Part shown: piece by piece, positions 1 through 10,352 of the stretch
Layout: every line of letters begins with the position of its first letter
How positions within the stretch are numbered: position 1 is the first letter of the stretch
From: Bdellovibrionales bacterium
GTDB lineage: Bacteria > Bdellovibrionota > Bdellovibrionia > Bdellovibrionales > JAUICD01
Direction: 5' to 3'
DNA: 64,000 nucleotides
NCBI GenBank assembly: GCA_965203875.1
Contig: OZ241914.1
Coordinates: forward strand, 461,209 to 525,208
Notes under the pieces: model-generated
Databases searched by the model: none
Told to the model about the DNA's origin: nothing
Seen by the model: the letters and a program-made list of their open reading frames with translations, nothing else
Translations under genes and position numbers: made by a program

Positions 1-1112
1 AAGTTCCTGACTATTATACTAGAAAACAAACTTTGGTGAACTCTGAAAGGTATACAATTCCAGAACTAAAAAACTTGGAAGAGGAAGCACTGCTGGCTAG
101 ATCTAAGAAATTAGACCTAGAGCTTGAAATTTTAAAAGATTTAAAAAATCTTATTCAAAACAATACTGATCTGCTGATGGACGTTTCAGATTTAATATCT
201 AGGGTTGATGTATTCACTTCGCTTGCATGGCTTGCACTAGAATATAATTATGTTAAGCCTGAATTAACTCAAGATGAGATTTGTGTAGTTAATTTAAGAC
301 ATCCTGTGGTTGAGCTATACAGTGAAGTACCGTTTGTGCCCAATACTTTTGAGATTAATAGGTCTGATATAATGATGATCACAGGACCAAATATGGCTGG
401 AAAAAGTACAGCTATGAGGCAGTTTGCTCTTTGTAGTATTTTATGTCAGATGGGTTCATTTGTTCCTGCTAGCTCGGCTAAACTTCCTATTTTTGATAAA
501 GTTTATACCAGGATTGGTGCTAGTGATTTGTTATCAGAGGGGCTGTCTACATTTATGGTGGAGATGAAAGAAACTGCTAGTATGTTATCCGAGGCAACTT
601 GCCAAAGCTTGCTTGTGTTAGATGAGATAGGACGTGGAACATCTACTTTTGATGGTATGAGTTTGGCTCAAGCAATACTGGAATATTTAGTTTTTGATGT
701 TAAGGCTACTGCCCTGTTTGCAACACACTATCATGAGCTGACCACCAGCTCAGACAAAGTAATAAATAAACATATGGGTATAGAAGAAACTCAAAAAGGT
801 ATTAAGTTTTTGTACACGTTAATAGATGGTGTTTGTGACAAATCTTACGGTATAGAGGTGGCAAAACTTGCAGGGATTCCAGCAAAAGTTACTGATAGAG
901 CTAGTAAAATACTGGAATCCAAAACTACAATGGATGTATCTGGCCATAATGCTATGGTCAAAGAGCAGCAGAGTAAATCAACCTACAGAAAAGGGCTAGA
1001 TGATATACTAAATGATGTTTTAAATACCGATATTACCAATACAACTCCTGTAGAGGCTTTAGTTTTAGTCAATAAGCTGAAGCAAAAATTGGATAAATGC
1101 AACACTAGCTAA
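1..1112 (+). CDS. mutS: DNA mismatch repair protein MutS, C-terminal part (5' end outside window)
   Basis: The frame is open to the window edge (VPDYYTRKQTLVNSERY...). Walker A TGPNMAGKST and DEIGRGTSTFDG of the MutS ATPase domain are present. Confidence 0.9.
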   Translation, partial: VPDYYTRKQTLVNSERYTIPELKNLEEEALLARSKKLDLELEILKDLKNLIQNNTDLLMDVSDLISRVDVFTSLAWLALEYNYVKPELTQDEICVVNLRHPVVELYSEVPFVPNTFEINRSDIMMITGPNMAGKSTAMRQFALCSILCQMGSFVPASSAKLPIFDKVYTRIGASDLLSEGLSTFMVEMKETASMLSEATCQSLLVLDEIGRGTSTFDGMSLAQAILEYLVFDVKATALFATHYHELTTSSDKVINKHMGIEETQKGIKFLYTLIDGVCDKSYGIEVAKLAGIPAKVTDRASKILESKTTMDVSGHNAMVKEQQSKSTYRKGLDDILNDVLNTDITNTTPVEALVLVNKLKQKLDKCNTS

Positions 1113-1186
1113 AGGTACAGAAAAACATTATCAAAACTTGTACCAATAGCTGTTCACTTAATAGAATAAACAAAAGACTTGGAGGA

Positions 1187-1990
1187 ATGATGAGAATAGC
1201 TATAGTCCTTTTTGCTTGTTTGTTTGTATCAGACGTTTCGTTGGCTAAAGATAAAGTTCTAGCGACAGTAAATTCAAAAAAAATAATGAAGAGCGACTTT
1301 GATAAAAAATATAAAACTGTTGTGGATAGCACAATAAATCCTCCTAGCAAGGAACAATTTTTAGAAGACCTTGTAAGATTTGAGGTAGGTGTACAGGAAG
1401 CAAAAAAACAAAAAATTATCTCAAATCCTACGGTTCAAGAAGAAATAGATAAACTGACCTACAGATGGCTTTTAGAAAAAGAGTTAAGTAAATATTCCAA
1501 AGGCCTTAAAGTTACCAAGACCGATATGGCAAACTATTACCGCAGCAACCCTGAGATAAAAACATCTCATATTTTGATAGAGGTAAATCACAACGCTTCC
1601 AATAAGCAGAAAGCTGCGGCTCAAGCTAGGGCTAAGAAAATACTGGCTCAGGTAAAGTCATCTAAGAAATCATTTTCAAGTCTTGTCAAGTTGTACACTG
1701 ACGATGTACCAACCAAAAACACCGGAGGTGATCTGGGTTGGCAGTCAAAATCCAATATGCTGCCTACTTATTACAAGGCCGCTGTAAAGTTAAAAAATGG
1801 TGGGGTTTCTGATCTCGTAAGAACCAAATATGGTTATCACATAATCAAGCTTACAGGCAAAAAACCATACAAAAATGCCAATAAACGGCAGGTAAAATTT
1901 GATGTGTTTGAACAAAAAAGAAAGCTGTTATTTGACAAATATTTTGCAAAATTAAAAAAGAAATACAAAATTAAAAAATACTCCCTCTAA
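1187..1990 (+). CDS. Periplasmic parvulin-type peptidyl-prolyl isomerase (SurA/PrsA-like)
   Basis: Signal peptide MMRIAIVLFACLFVSDVSLA. Parvulin core GGDLGWQSK...KYGYHIIKL. Confidence 0.75.
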   Translation: MMRIAIVLFACLFVSDVSLAKDKVLATVNSKKIMKSDFDKKYKTVVDSTINPPSKEQFLEDLVRFEVGVQEAKKQKIISNPTVQEEIDKLTYRWLLEKELSKYSKGLKVTKTDMANYYRSNPEIKTSHILIEVNHNASNKQKAAAQARAKKILAQVKSSKKSFSSLVKLYTDDVPTKNTGGDLGWQSKSNMLPTYYKAAVKLKNGGVSDLVRTKYGYHIIKLTGKKPYKNANKRQVKFDVFEQKRKLLFDKYFAKLKKKYKIKKYSL

Positions 1991-2032
1991 TTAACTTAAC
2001 TTAGCTGGCCTAACCGTGTTAGATCATAGTCT

Positions 2033-2953
2033 ATGCGGTTTAGGTTTATAGTAGTAATGGCATATGTTTGCTTACTGTATATTACGGTCTCTTGTACAAA
2101 AAAAGATCGTAACGTTTTATTAGTGCAGGTTGGCGAACACAAACTCATGTCCACAGAGTTTGCCGGTATATTAGCTGTAAAGCTCAAACAGTTTAATATG
2201 ATAGAAGTTAAAAATCCAAAGACAGTAGAAACAATAAAAGCACAGATTGTTAGTGAATTTATAAACGATGCTCTTTTTGATATATGGGGGAATCAAAATG
2301 GAATCAGAGTTACTGCATCTGAATTGAATGATGAATTAAATAAAATGAAAAATAGCTACAAAACCAGCTTATCTTTTGAAGAAGCTTTGGCGAATGCCGA
2401 CACCACATTAAGACAGTTAAAGGCTAAGGTAAAAAACTCACTTCTAAAAAAGAAAGTTTTTATAGAGTTTAAAAAAAGTATTACCCCACCAACCGAAGGC
2501 GATATTAAAACCTACTACGATCAAAATAAAGCACAGTTCACATCCAAGTCCCGATTAAGAATAGAACAAATTATCTTTAGTAAAAAAGAAGATGCAGATC
2601 TTACTTATGAACAACTTGCAAACGGCAACATACCAGAAACCGTAAGACAAAGAATTGAGCGACACTGGATATACAAGGGCGGGCTACCAGTTTTTGAAGA
2701 GGCATTTAAAATGAAATTAAACAAATGGAGCAACGTGTTACAGTCTGAGTATGGGTATCATATTTACAGGGTTCTTTTAAAAGAGGAGGGCAGGGTTTTA
2801 TCTTTTGAAAAGGCAAAAGGCATGGTAGAGACTGCTTTGATTGAGACAAGGCAGCAAGCGAAGTATTCTGATTGGTTGGAAGATATGTTAAGTAAGACCG
2901 AAATATTCAAAAATGAAGAAGCTTTACGGAAGTTTATAATTGAGGTGAGTTAA
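2033..2953 (+). CDS. SurA/PpiD-like foldase, lipoprotein-type signal
   Basis: Lipobox-like LYITVSC. C-terminal parvulin-like SEYGYHIYRV. It is the second of three tandem foldase-like genes. Confidence 0.6.
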   Translation: MRFRFIVVMAYVCLLYITVSCTKKDRNVLLVQVGEHKLMSTEFAGILAVKLKQFNMIEVKNPKTVETIKAQIVSEFINDALFDIWGNQNGIRVTASELNDELNKMKNSYKTSLSFEEALANADTTLRQLKAKVKNSLLKKKVFIEFKKSITPPTEGDIKTYYDQNKAQFTSKSRLRIEQIIFSKKEDADLTYEQLANGNIPETVRQRIERHWIYKGGLPVFEEAFKMKLNKWSNVLQSEYGYHIYRVLLKEEGRVLSFEKAKGMVETALIETRQQAKYSDWLEDMLSKTEIFKNEEALRKFIIEVS

Positions 2954-3889
2954 TTGATGAGTTTTAGGATGATGACTTTTAAAGTTTTTATTTTTTGTAG
3001 TTTGCTATGGTTGAATTTATCTGAGGCCAAGCTGGTAGAAAAAGTCTTGGCTATAGTGAATGATTCAATAATCACTATGACTGATGTAAATAACTATAGA
3101 AAAAACTTAAGAACAGGTGAGTTGATAGGGGAAGCTTTGGATAAAAAACAAGTAAAGCATCTTCTTAAAGATAATAAAGCTCTGTTGGATAAGATAATAG
3201 ACAAAAGAATTATAGAGCATGAAGTGAAAAAAAAAGGTTACACAGTAACTTGGAGTCAGGTAGATAAAGAAATTCGTAATGTATACAAGAGTCACGATAT
3301 GACAAAAACGCAGTTAGAACAGGCTCTAAAGGCTCAAGGGTTTAGCTTTGAAGACTATAAAGCTTTTATGAAAAGTAACATGGAAAGGCAGAGTTTAATA
3401 GCACGAGAAGTTGCATCTAAGATCACGATTAAAGATTCTGATATTTTAAATTATTATTATTCAATAAATAAAAAATCTCGCTCTTTGACATTTCAATATA
3501 CAGTTTCTCAACTTTTTTGGAATCATGGTAAATTATCCGAGGCTCAAAGTGCACTTGCTAAGTTGAAAAACAATGAAGTATCTTTTGATGATTTAGTAAA
3601 AGAAGTTGGTTCTAGTTCTGGAAAACTTGGAACGTTTAAACAAAATGATTTTTCTAAAGAGTTTTCTGTTGTGACTAAGTTGGAAGTTGGTAAGTTTTCT
3701 GATGTGATAGAAAGTTTAGCAGGCTTACATATTCTAAGACTAGATCAAAAAAACCTTATTACCAATCCAGAAATAGAAGAAAAAAAGGAAGCTTTAAAGG
3801 CTCAGTTATATAGCCAGCTTTTAGATAATAGGCTTGACACTTGGCTCAAAGAAAAAAGAAAAAGTGCATTTGTTAGAATTAACAAATGA
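2954..3889 (+). CDS. surA: SurA-like periplasmic chaperone
   Basis: Signal peptide, SurA N-domain-like KLVEKVLAIVNDSIITMTDV and a degenerate parvulin segment AGLHILRL. The stop overlaps the pdxA start, giving the classical surA-pdxA linkage. Confidence 0.6.
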   Translation: MMSFRMMTFKVFIFCSLLWLNLSEAKLVEKVLAIVNDSIITMTDVNNYRKNLRTGELIGEALDKKQVKHLLKDNKALLDKIIDKRIIEHEVKKKGYTVTWSQVDKEIRNVYKSHDMTKTQLEQALKAQGFSFEDYKAFMKSNMERQSLIAREVASKITIKDSDILNYYYSINKKSRSLTFQYTVSQLFWNHGKLSEAQSALAKLKNNEVSFDDLVKEVGSSSGKLGTFKQNDFSKEFSVVTKLEVGKFSDVIESLAGLHILRLDQKNLITNPEIEEKKEALKAQLYSQLLDNRLDTWLKEKRKSAFVRINK

Positions 3890-4797
3890 AGACTATATCC
3901 ATAACCACAGGCGATAGAAAATCTATAGGACTTGAGATAACTACGAAGGCTTTGCTCAGGCTTCCTCAAAGAATAAAGGACGATGCGTGCATTTTTACTT
4001 GGAGAAGTTCTGATAGTGACGATTGTTATTTTAATAAACTAAAAAATAAATTTATCTATAAAAAAGTTACTTCATTAGCTAAAGGGATCGAAGCAAAAAA
4101 ACAGGGTTTTTCTTTAATCGATATTAAGTCAAGTCAGGCAGAGTATAACTGGGTAGAAAATTCTGTTAGGGGTGCTTTGAAAGGAATTTTTACAGCTATA
4201 GTTACAGGTCCCGTGGGCAAAAACAAAAAATATAAAGGACATACTGATCTTTTAAGAAAGCTTACAAAAAAAGAAGCGTTCATGTGTTTTGTAGGTTCTA
4301 AGTTTTCAACCTTGCTTGTAACGGATCACATTCCAATAAAAGATGTGGCTAATAATATAACTTTAAGTAAGCTTAAAAAAGCGATCCATTATTCAAATGA
4401 GTTGTTAAAAATTGTGAATGCAAAAGATATTGTTCTTTTGGGTTTAAATCCTCATGCAGGGGAGGGCGGAGTTATAGGATCAGAAGAAGTACGAGTGTAT
4501 AAATCTGCTGTAAAGTATGCAAAGGCCAGAGGTATACCGATAACTGGTCCTGTTTCTGCTGATGTAGCATTTAAGCCTGGTGGTTTTAGTAGAAAAGTTT
4601 TTATAGCAAATTATCATGATCAAGGTCTTATACCGTTTAAGTCTTTGCATAGGCCGTACACTACTATAAATCTGACTTTGGGATTATCGTTTATTAGGAC
4701 TAGTTGTGATCATGGTATGGCGATTGATATTGCAGGTAAAAACGTAGCTGATGATGGATCGATGTATCGAGCGATAAAGTACGCCCTCCAACATTAG
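3886..4797 (+). CDS. pdxA: 4-hydroxythreonine-4-phosphate dehydrogenase PdxA
   Basis: Motifs GLNPHAGEGG, ANYHDQGLIPFK and IRTSCDHGMAIDIAGKN. Confidence 0.85.
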   Translation: MKTISITTGDRKSIGLEITTKALLRLPQRIKDDACIFTWRSSDSDDCYFNKLKNKFIYKKVTSLAKGIEAKKQGFSLIDIKSSQAEYNWVENSVRGALKGIFTAIVTGPVGKNKKYKGHTDLLRKLTKKEAFMCFVGSKFSTLLVTDHIPIKDVANNITLSKLKKAIHYSNELLKIVNAKDIVLLGLNPHAGEGGVIGSEEVRVYKSAVKYAKARGIPITGPVSADVAFKPGGFSRKVFIANYHDQGLIPFKSLHRPYTTINLTLGLSFIRTSCDHGMAIDIAGKNVADDGSMYRAIKYALQH

Positions 4798-4802
4798 TTG
4801 CA

Positions 4803-5129
4803 ATGTATACATTAGAGGATTCTTTAATGGACGAGAGGTTAACATATCCCATCAGAAAAGTGCCGACACTGTCGGCAAAATCTTATAGCACTTTAAAATC
4901 ACAGGATTTTTTGAAAACTCCAGACAAACTACTAGAAATATTCCCCCTTCCTTGGTCAGCCTACGTTTCCTTAATATCTGTAAAAGATGGAGATGCTCGT
5001 AAATTTTATGAAGAAGAAGCTTTACGGGGAGGTTGGTCTGTACGCCAACTTAATCGACAAATCAGTACTCTATTTTTTGAATTTAAGAGGAACATCATGT
5101 TTCTTACGGTTATAATTTTGATCCTATGA
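4803..5129 (+). pseudogene. N-terminal fragment of a DUF1016/YhcG-family PDDEXK nuclease
   Basis: PLPWSAYVSLISVKDGDARKFYEEEALRGGWSVRQLNRQISTLFFE matches the N-terminal domain of this family. The ORF stops after 108 aa, so the nuclease domain is missing. Confidence 0.6.
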
Positions 5130-5173
5130 ACTCGAGTATAGATTCCGTCAACACTGTAGACGGAATCTTAATA

Positions 5174-5182
5174 TGTTAGAAT
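5174..5182 (+). promoter_or_regulatory. Possible extended -10 box TGTTAGAAT upstream of the ATPase gene
   Basis: This is the same 9-mer as the 3' end of the CRISPR repeat. It is intergenic, 79 nt upstream of the ATG at 5261. Confidence 0.3.
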
Positions 5183-5237
5183 ATTCAAGGTGTTAGGCAA
5201 TATTACAGGTCTAAGATATTTACCTTGCTAACATGGT

Positions 5238-5262
5238 ATATTTGAAGTTAAACTTCAAATAT
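5238..5262 (+). promoter_or_regulatory. Perfect 12-1-12 palindrome overlapping the start codon of the ATPase gene
   Basis: ATATTTGAAGTT A AACTTCAAATAT. The right arm runs into the ATG at 5261, so it is an operator or a translation-occluding hairpin candidate. Confidence 0.35.
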
Positions 5263-6418
5263 GACAGGTTATATTAATAGGAATATTTCTAAACAAGTTG
5301 CTCAATCTTTGAAGGATTATCCTGTGGTTGCCATTTTGGGTCCTAGACAGGTTGGTAAGTCTACTCTAGCTAAAAAAATTATAAAGAGCTATTCAAAGCA
5401 TCTTTATTTAGATCTAGAAAGGCCCAGCGATTTAAGAAAGCTTGAAGATGCAGAATATTTTTTGGAACAAAATAGATCGCATTTGGTGTGCCTGGATGAA
5501 ATTCAGCGTTTGCCTGAGATTTTTCCCTTGATAAGAAGTTTAGTAGATGAACGGAAAAAGAATGGGCAGTTTTTGGTATTAGGTAGTGTGTCTGGAGATT
5601 TGTTAAGACAAAGTAGCGAAAGTTTAGCCGGTAGAATTGCTTACTTAGAGATGAGTCCCTTTCTAGTATCAGAGATAAAAGGTAAAAAAACAGAAACTTT
5701 ATGGAATAGAGGAGGGTTGCCCAGGAGCTATCTGCTAAGAGGTGATGAGAAAAGTTTTTATTGGAGAGAAAACTATATTAGAACTTTTTTAGAAAGGGAT
5801 ATTGCAAGAATTGGTATAAAAATTCAATCTAAATTAATCGAAAGGCTTTGGACAATGTTGGCTCATAGTCATGGACAAACTTTAAACTCTTCAAAGTTGG
5901 CTACCTCTGTGGGTGTGAGTTCTCATACAATAAATTCTTATATAAGAATCTTAGAACAAGCATTTCTTATCAGGTCGCTACCTGCTTTTTCATCAAACTT
6001 AAAAAAAATGTTAATAAAGTCGCCAAAAATATATATCAGAGACAGTGGAATTTTGCATGCGTTGTTAGGAATTGAAACGTTAAATAATTTGTTCGGCCAT
6101 CCCATTTACGGACATTCTTTCGAAGGTTTTGTTATAGAAAATATCATGTCTCATTTTGATCGTTGGAAGTATTCCTTTTATCGTGCCCGATCAGGTTCTG
6201 AAATTGATTTAGTTATGACAAAAGGGTCTCGTGTTATAGCTTTGGAAATAAAAACTTCAAAGGCTCCTGTAGTAAGGAAAGGTTTTGTAGAAGCAGTAAA
6301 AAATATCCGTGCCAATGAAAAATACGTAATAGCTCCTGTATCTTCTAGTTACGCAATTAAGAACGGTGTCACTGTGACTAACCTTAAACAATTCATCAAA
6401 ACATTTGAGAAAAAATAA
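5261..6418 (+). CDS. AAA-type ATPase, AAA_14/DUF4143-like
   Basis: Walker A GPRQVGKST and Walker B-like LVCLDEIQ. Size and C-terminal layout are typical of the DUF4143 ATP-binding protein family. Confidence 0.65.
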   Translation: MTGYINRNISKQVAQSLKDYPVVAILGPRQVGKSTLAKKIIKSYSKHLYLDLERPSDLRKLEDAEYFLEQNRSHLVCLDEIQRLPEIFPLIRSLVDERKKNGQFLVLGSVSGDLLRQSSESLAGRIAYLEMSPFLVSEIKGKKTETLWNRGGLPRSYLLRGDEKSFYWRENYIRTFLERDIARIGIKIQSKLIERLWTMLAHSHGQTLNSSKLATSVGVSSHTINSYIRILEQAFLIRSLPAFSSNLKKMLIKSPKIYIRDSGILHALLGIETLNNLFGHPIYGHSFEGFVIENIMSHFDRWKYSFYRARSGSEIDLVMTKGSRVIALEIKTSKAPVVRKGFVEAVKNIRANEKYVIAPVSSSYAIKNGVTVTNLKQFIKTFEKK

Positions 6419-6692
6419 AGTTCTACTAAATTTAATAAATTAAATAAAAAATTTTAATAAGTTCATAATAAATTAAAAAAACTTATACGAACTATAATAA
6501 AAAAATATGCAACATATAATAATTATAGTTGGATCATTAATTTTTTACTAAATCGTACGTTTATTCTTGATTGGCATTTAGTGCCTTATGTTTTGATGTT
6601 CGCTTGTTTTGTAATGCATTGAAACTGTAGGAGGTTGATGCAATTTAGAAAAGTATATTAAGTGATTCCTATTTTTACAAAGGAGGTAAAAC

Positions 6693-7943
6693 GTGGAAGG
6701 GGTGAAGAAATTTTTAAAAAAAGAAGGAATACCTATATTAGCGTTTGCAGCAATAATAATGTGTTTAATAACTCAATGTAAAAACGCTGGAGCACAAGTT
6801 TCTGAAGGTCCTGGCAGAGGTAATGGGCCAAACACATGTCATATACATAAAAGATCACTAAATAGAACTTGTGATGACGTTGATTGTATTTATGATAAAG
6901 GTTGGCTGATGAGACTCAACGCTTCTATACATACAACTAATCATTGTACTGCATCACCGAGAAACTGGGATAGATGGCACAAAATACCACCAACAGATCT
7001 TTTTGACGAAAATGGGAAACATAGAATTTATGATGCTAATGGTATACCTATAGAGTACCATCCGTACAACGTTTATGAAACTTCCTACGGAGAATACTTT
7101 AGGTTGTCGATTGACAGAAGGGTTGTAATAGTACAAGAAGCCACTGCAAGTGATATTGATGAAAAGTGGGCTAGGCATGGATTAAGACCCGGCTTTTATT
7201 CGAAGAGACAGGCCGAAGCATACAAAAGCTATATCAATAATAGCGTTTGTATAGTTACTGTAGAAGAACGTTACAGTAGAGCTATTGAAAAATATCTAGG
7301 TTTTCATTATGAAAATATTTGGCAGCATGTAGCAGATAAAACTGGTGTCGATTTAGATCAGTTCGATGAGAAAGAATTATGTTATCTACAAAGAGAATTA
7401 GTTATTGCTTTGTCTGGTGAGGTTAGTGATAAAGGTCTGATTAAGCAGTATGGTGTATGTGATAAAAGGCGTGGTGATTATTCATTATTTAGTTGTTTAT
7501 TGTACAAAGGCACTAGATTTGTGATGGCTTATTATGGTAGTCAAGCCTTAACAGCTGCATTTGCATCAGTGCCTCTTACTGAAGTTGAGTTGATTAATCG
7601 TGCTGAGGTAATTTGGCTTAATAGTCCCTCTGATATTCAGTTGGTAGGTGGAGATTGGTCGATTAACAGTCGGAAGGGTATAGCATTGGTATACACACAC
7701 TATTTTGGTAATGGAAACAATCCTGTAGAGCCTGAATCAGGTTGGGTAGGTGTGGTATGGAAAATCCTTCAATTTATTGCAGCCGTAGGTAGTCTTGGTA
7801 AAGAAGTTTATGATTTTTTTAGTGATGATGATAAAGAAGAAAAGGAAGAACCAGATAAACCAGACCAACAGGAAGAAGAAAAACCTAAATGTAATCCAGA
7901 ATATCAAACCTGCGGTAGAGAAGGTGGGCTGCGGTTACTTTGA
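6693..7943 (+). CDS. Hypothetical lipoprotein with acidic C-terminal tail
   Basis: Lipobox CLITQC, RBS AAAGGAGG upstream, and a long ORF with tail DDDKEEKEEPDKPDQQEEEKP. I recognise no family motif. Confidence 0.5.
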   Translation: MEGVKKFLKKEGIPILAFAAIIMCLITQCKNAGAQVSEGPGRGNGPNTCHIHKRSLNRTCDDVDCIYDKGWLMRLNASIHTTNHCTASPRNWDRWHKIPPTDLFDENGKHRIYDANGIPIEYHPYNVYETSYGEYFRLSIDRRVVIVQEATASDIDEKWARHGLRPGFYSKRQAEAYKSYINNSVCIVTVEERYSRAIEKYLGFHYENIWQHVADKTGVDLDQFDEKELCYLQRELVIALSGEVSDKGLIKQYGVCDKRRGDYSLFSCLLYKGTRFVMAYYGSQALTAAFASVPLTEVELINRAEVIWLNSPSDIQLVGGDWSINSRKGIALVYTHYFGNGNNPVEPESGWVGVVWKILQFIAAVGSLGKEVYDFFSDDDKEEKEEPDKPDQQEEEKPKCNPEYQTCGREGGLRLL

Positions 7944-8001
7944 CTATCGAGTAGCTTCTATATTCCTCTTATGTATGTCGCTTTTGAATGTTAATCACTT
8001 T

Positions 8002-10347
8002 GTTCCGATGGCCGTTCATTTCCTGATGTGTTAGAATGATCTACAAATTCACCATAGACTTCTTGCTGTTCCGATGGCCGTTCATTTCCTGATGTGTTAG
8101 AATCGCCTCACACAGGCCTTACACGCCATGCTAGTTCCGATGGCCGTTCATTTCCTGATGTGTTAGAATACTCTCTTCCAATGTTCGATGTAGTCCATAG
8201 TTCCGATGGCCGTTCATTTCCTGATGTGTTAGAATACGAATGGTATTTCTTCGTATGGATTTCTAGTTCCGATGGCCGTTCATTTCCTGATGTGTTAGAA
8301 TGAAGACATAAAAGATAACAACTCATTTGATGTTCCGATGGCCGTTCATTTCCTGATGTGTTAGAATACACGAATTTACCTTTAGTGGAGTGTCACCGTT
8401 CCGATGGCCGTTCATTTCCTGATGTGTTAGAATTTTGCTCTTGCATTAGCCCATCGTTATTAAGTTCCGATGGCCGTTCATTTCCTGATGTGTTAGAATA
8501 AATTGAGTTGCATTATCTTTACAGCCACCGTTCCGATGGCCGTTCATTTCCTGATGTGTTAGAATAAGTTTCTAGTTATTTAGCAGATGTGATCGGTTCC
8601 GATGGCCGTTCATTTCCTGATGTGTTAGAATTCCTGATTTTGACAAAGCAATGATGTTGATGTTCCGATGGCCGTTCATTTCCTGATGTGTTAGAATGTT
8701 ACCGGCTCAAGAAAATATTGTCTAATGGTTCCGATGGCCGTTCATTTCCTGATGTGTTAGAATGCAGAAACTTTTCAGTTAGTGGAAATGTTAGTTCCGA
8801 TGGCCGTTCATTTCCTGATGTGTTAGAATTAATCTAGGTGACGGTACTCAATCACCACAGTTCCGATGGCCGTTCATTTCCTGATGTGTTAGAATACAGC
8901 AACAGCTGTGATGCTATGCCTAGCCGTTCCGATGGCCGTTCATTTCCTGATGTGTTAGAATACATTAGGAAGGAAAAAACCTCACTTAATAGTTCCGATG
9001 GCCGTTCATTTCCTGATGTGTTAGAATTAAATGCTTTTGTTGACTTTGCATAGACTAGTTCCGATGGCCGTTCATTTCCTGATGTGTTAGAATTCGTCCT
9101 TATTATCATAAGCACACATATCTGTTCCGATGGCCGTTCATTTCCTGATGTGTTAGAATAACATTTTCTAATAAAAGTGATTTAGTTTTGTTCCGATGGC
9201 CGTTCATTTCCTGATGTGTTAGAATCAATGCCACACTTTTCATCGTACCTGATAGGTTCCGATGGCCGTTCATTTCCTGATGTGTTAGAATCGATAATGA
9301 ATGGTTATCACTGCGTGGCGAGTTCCGATGGCCGTTCATTTCCTGATGTGTTAGAATAGATTTTATCAAAGAATGAGGAGGCAAGATGTTCCGATGGCCG
9401 TTCATTTCCTGATGTGTTAGAATAATTCAAAGCATATATAAGATCAGGAAAGAGTTCCGATGGCCGTTCATTTCCTGATGTGTTAGAATCTTCGTTATCA
9501 GAATCAGCCATCACGATAAGTTCCGATGGCCGTTCATTTCCTGATGTGTTAGAATGGACTTAAGTGGCAAAGCCAAATCCAAATGGTTCCGATGGCCGTT
9601 CATTTCCTGATGTGTTAGAATTTACAAATTTGTTTCCAGTCAATGTAGCGTGTTCCGATGGCCGTTCATTTCCTGATGTGTTAGAATCCTGCTTTATGAT
9701 AGATGCTAGATAGGTGCGTTCCGATGGCCGTTCATTTCCTGATGTGTTAGAATTGGTAAAACTTTTAATAAAGCTGTAAGCTCGTTCCGATGGCCGTTCA
9801 TTTCCTGATGTGTTAGAATGAAACTCTTGGGTATAAAATAGCTAAAGTTGTTCCGATGGCCGTTCATTTCCTGATGTGTTAGAATGTAAAAATTCTGTTG
9901 TTATATTTTTTTGTTGTTCCGATGGCCGTTCATTTCCTGATGTGTTAGAATTATAACTAATGGTAAAGCAATTTCTGAAGGGTTCCGATGGCCGTTCATT
10001 TCCTGATGTGTTAGAATTACTTATCAGAACATGCAAAACGCTTTAGCGTTCCGATGGCCGTTCATTTCCTGATGTGTTAGAATGCATGTTTAACAAAAAA
10101 GGTAGGTAACCATGTTCCGATGGCCGTTCATTTCCTGATGTGTTAGAATAGCGTTTGCAACACAAAGACCTTAACCACAGTTCCGATGGCCGTTCATTTC
10201 CTGATGTGTTAGAATTTTTTGCTAGATGGTTCTCTGATCTGACTTGTTCCGATGGCCGTTCATTTCCTGATGTGTTAGAATGTTAAATGGTAAAAAGTCT
10301 TGCAATAGCAAGTTCCGATGGCCGTTCATTTCCTGATGTGTTAGAAT
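8002..10347 (+). CRISPR. CRISPR array: 36 repeats of 36 bp and 35 spacers of 30 bp
   Basis: The repeat GTTCCGATGGCCGTTCATTTCCTGATGTGTTAGAAT recurs with exact 66-bp period (8002 + 35x66 = 10312). I saw no variant repeat by eye. The strand is assigned from tracrRNA complementarity. Confidence 0.97.
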
Positions 10348-10352
10348 CCATA

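Noticed and set aside
1105-3295. Short antisense ORFs (1105..1350, 1996..2187, 3107..3295) in the mutS/foldase region
   Set aside because: They overlap well-supported genes or intergenic AT-rich DNA and have hydrophobic low-complexity translations with no RBS.
7795-10036. Eight listed ORFs across the CRISPR array (7795..8034, 8094..8303, 8108..8371, 8838..9053, 8852..9115, 9106..9405, 9308..9514, 9842..10036) with reiterated peptides such as SSDGRSFPDVLEY / NTSGNERPSE
   Set aside because: The repeated peptide is simply the translation of the 36-bp CRISPR repeat in different frames and strands, so these are not genes.
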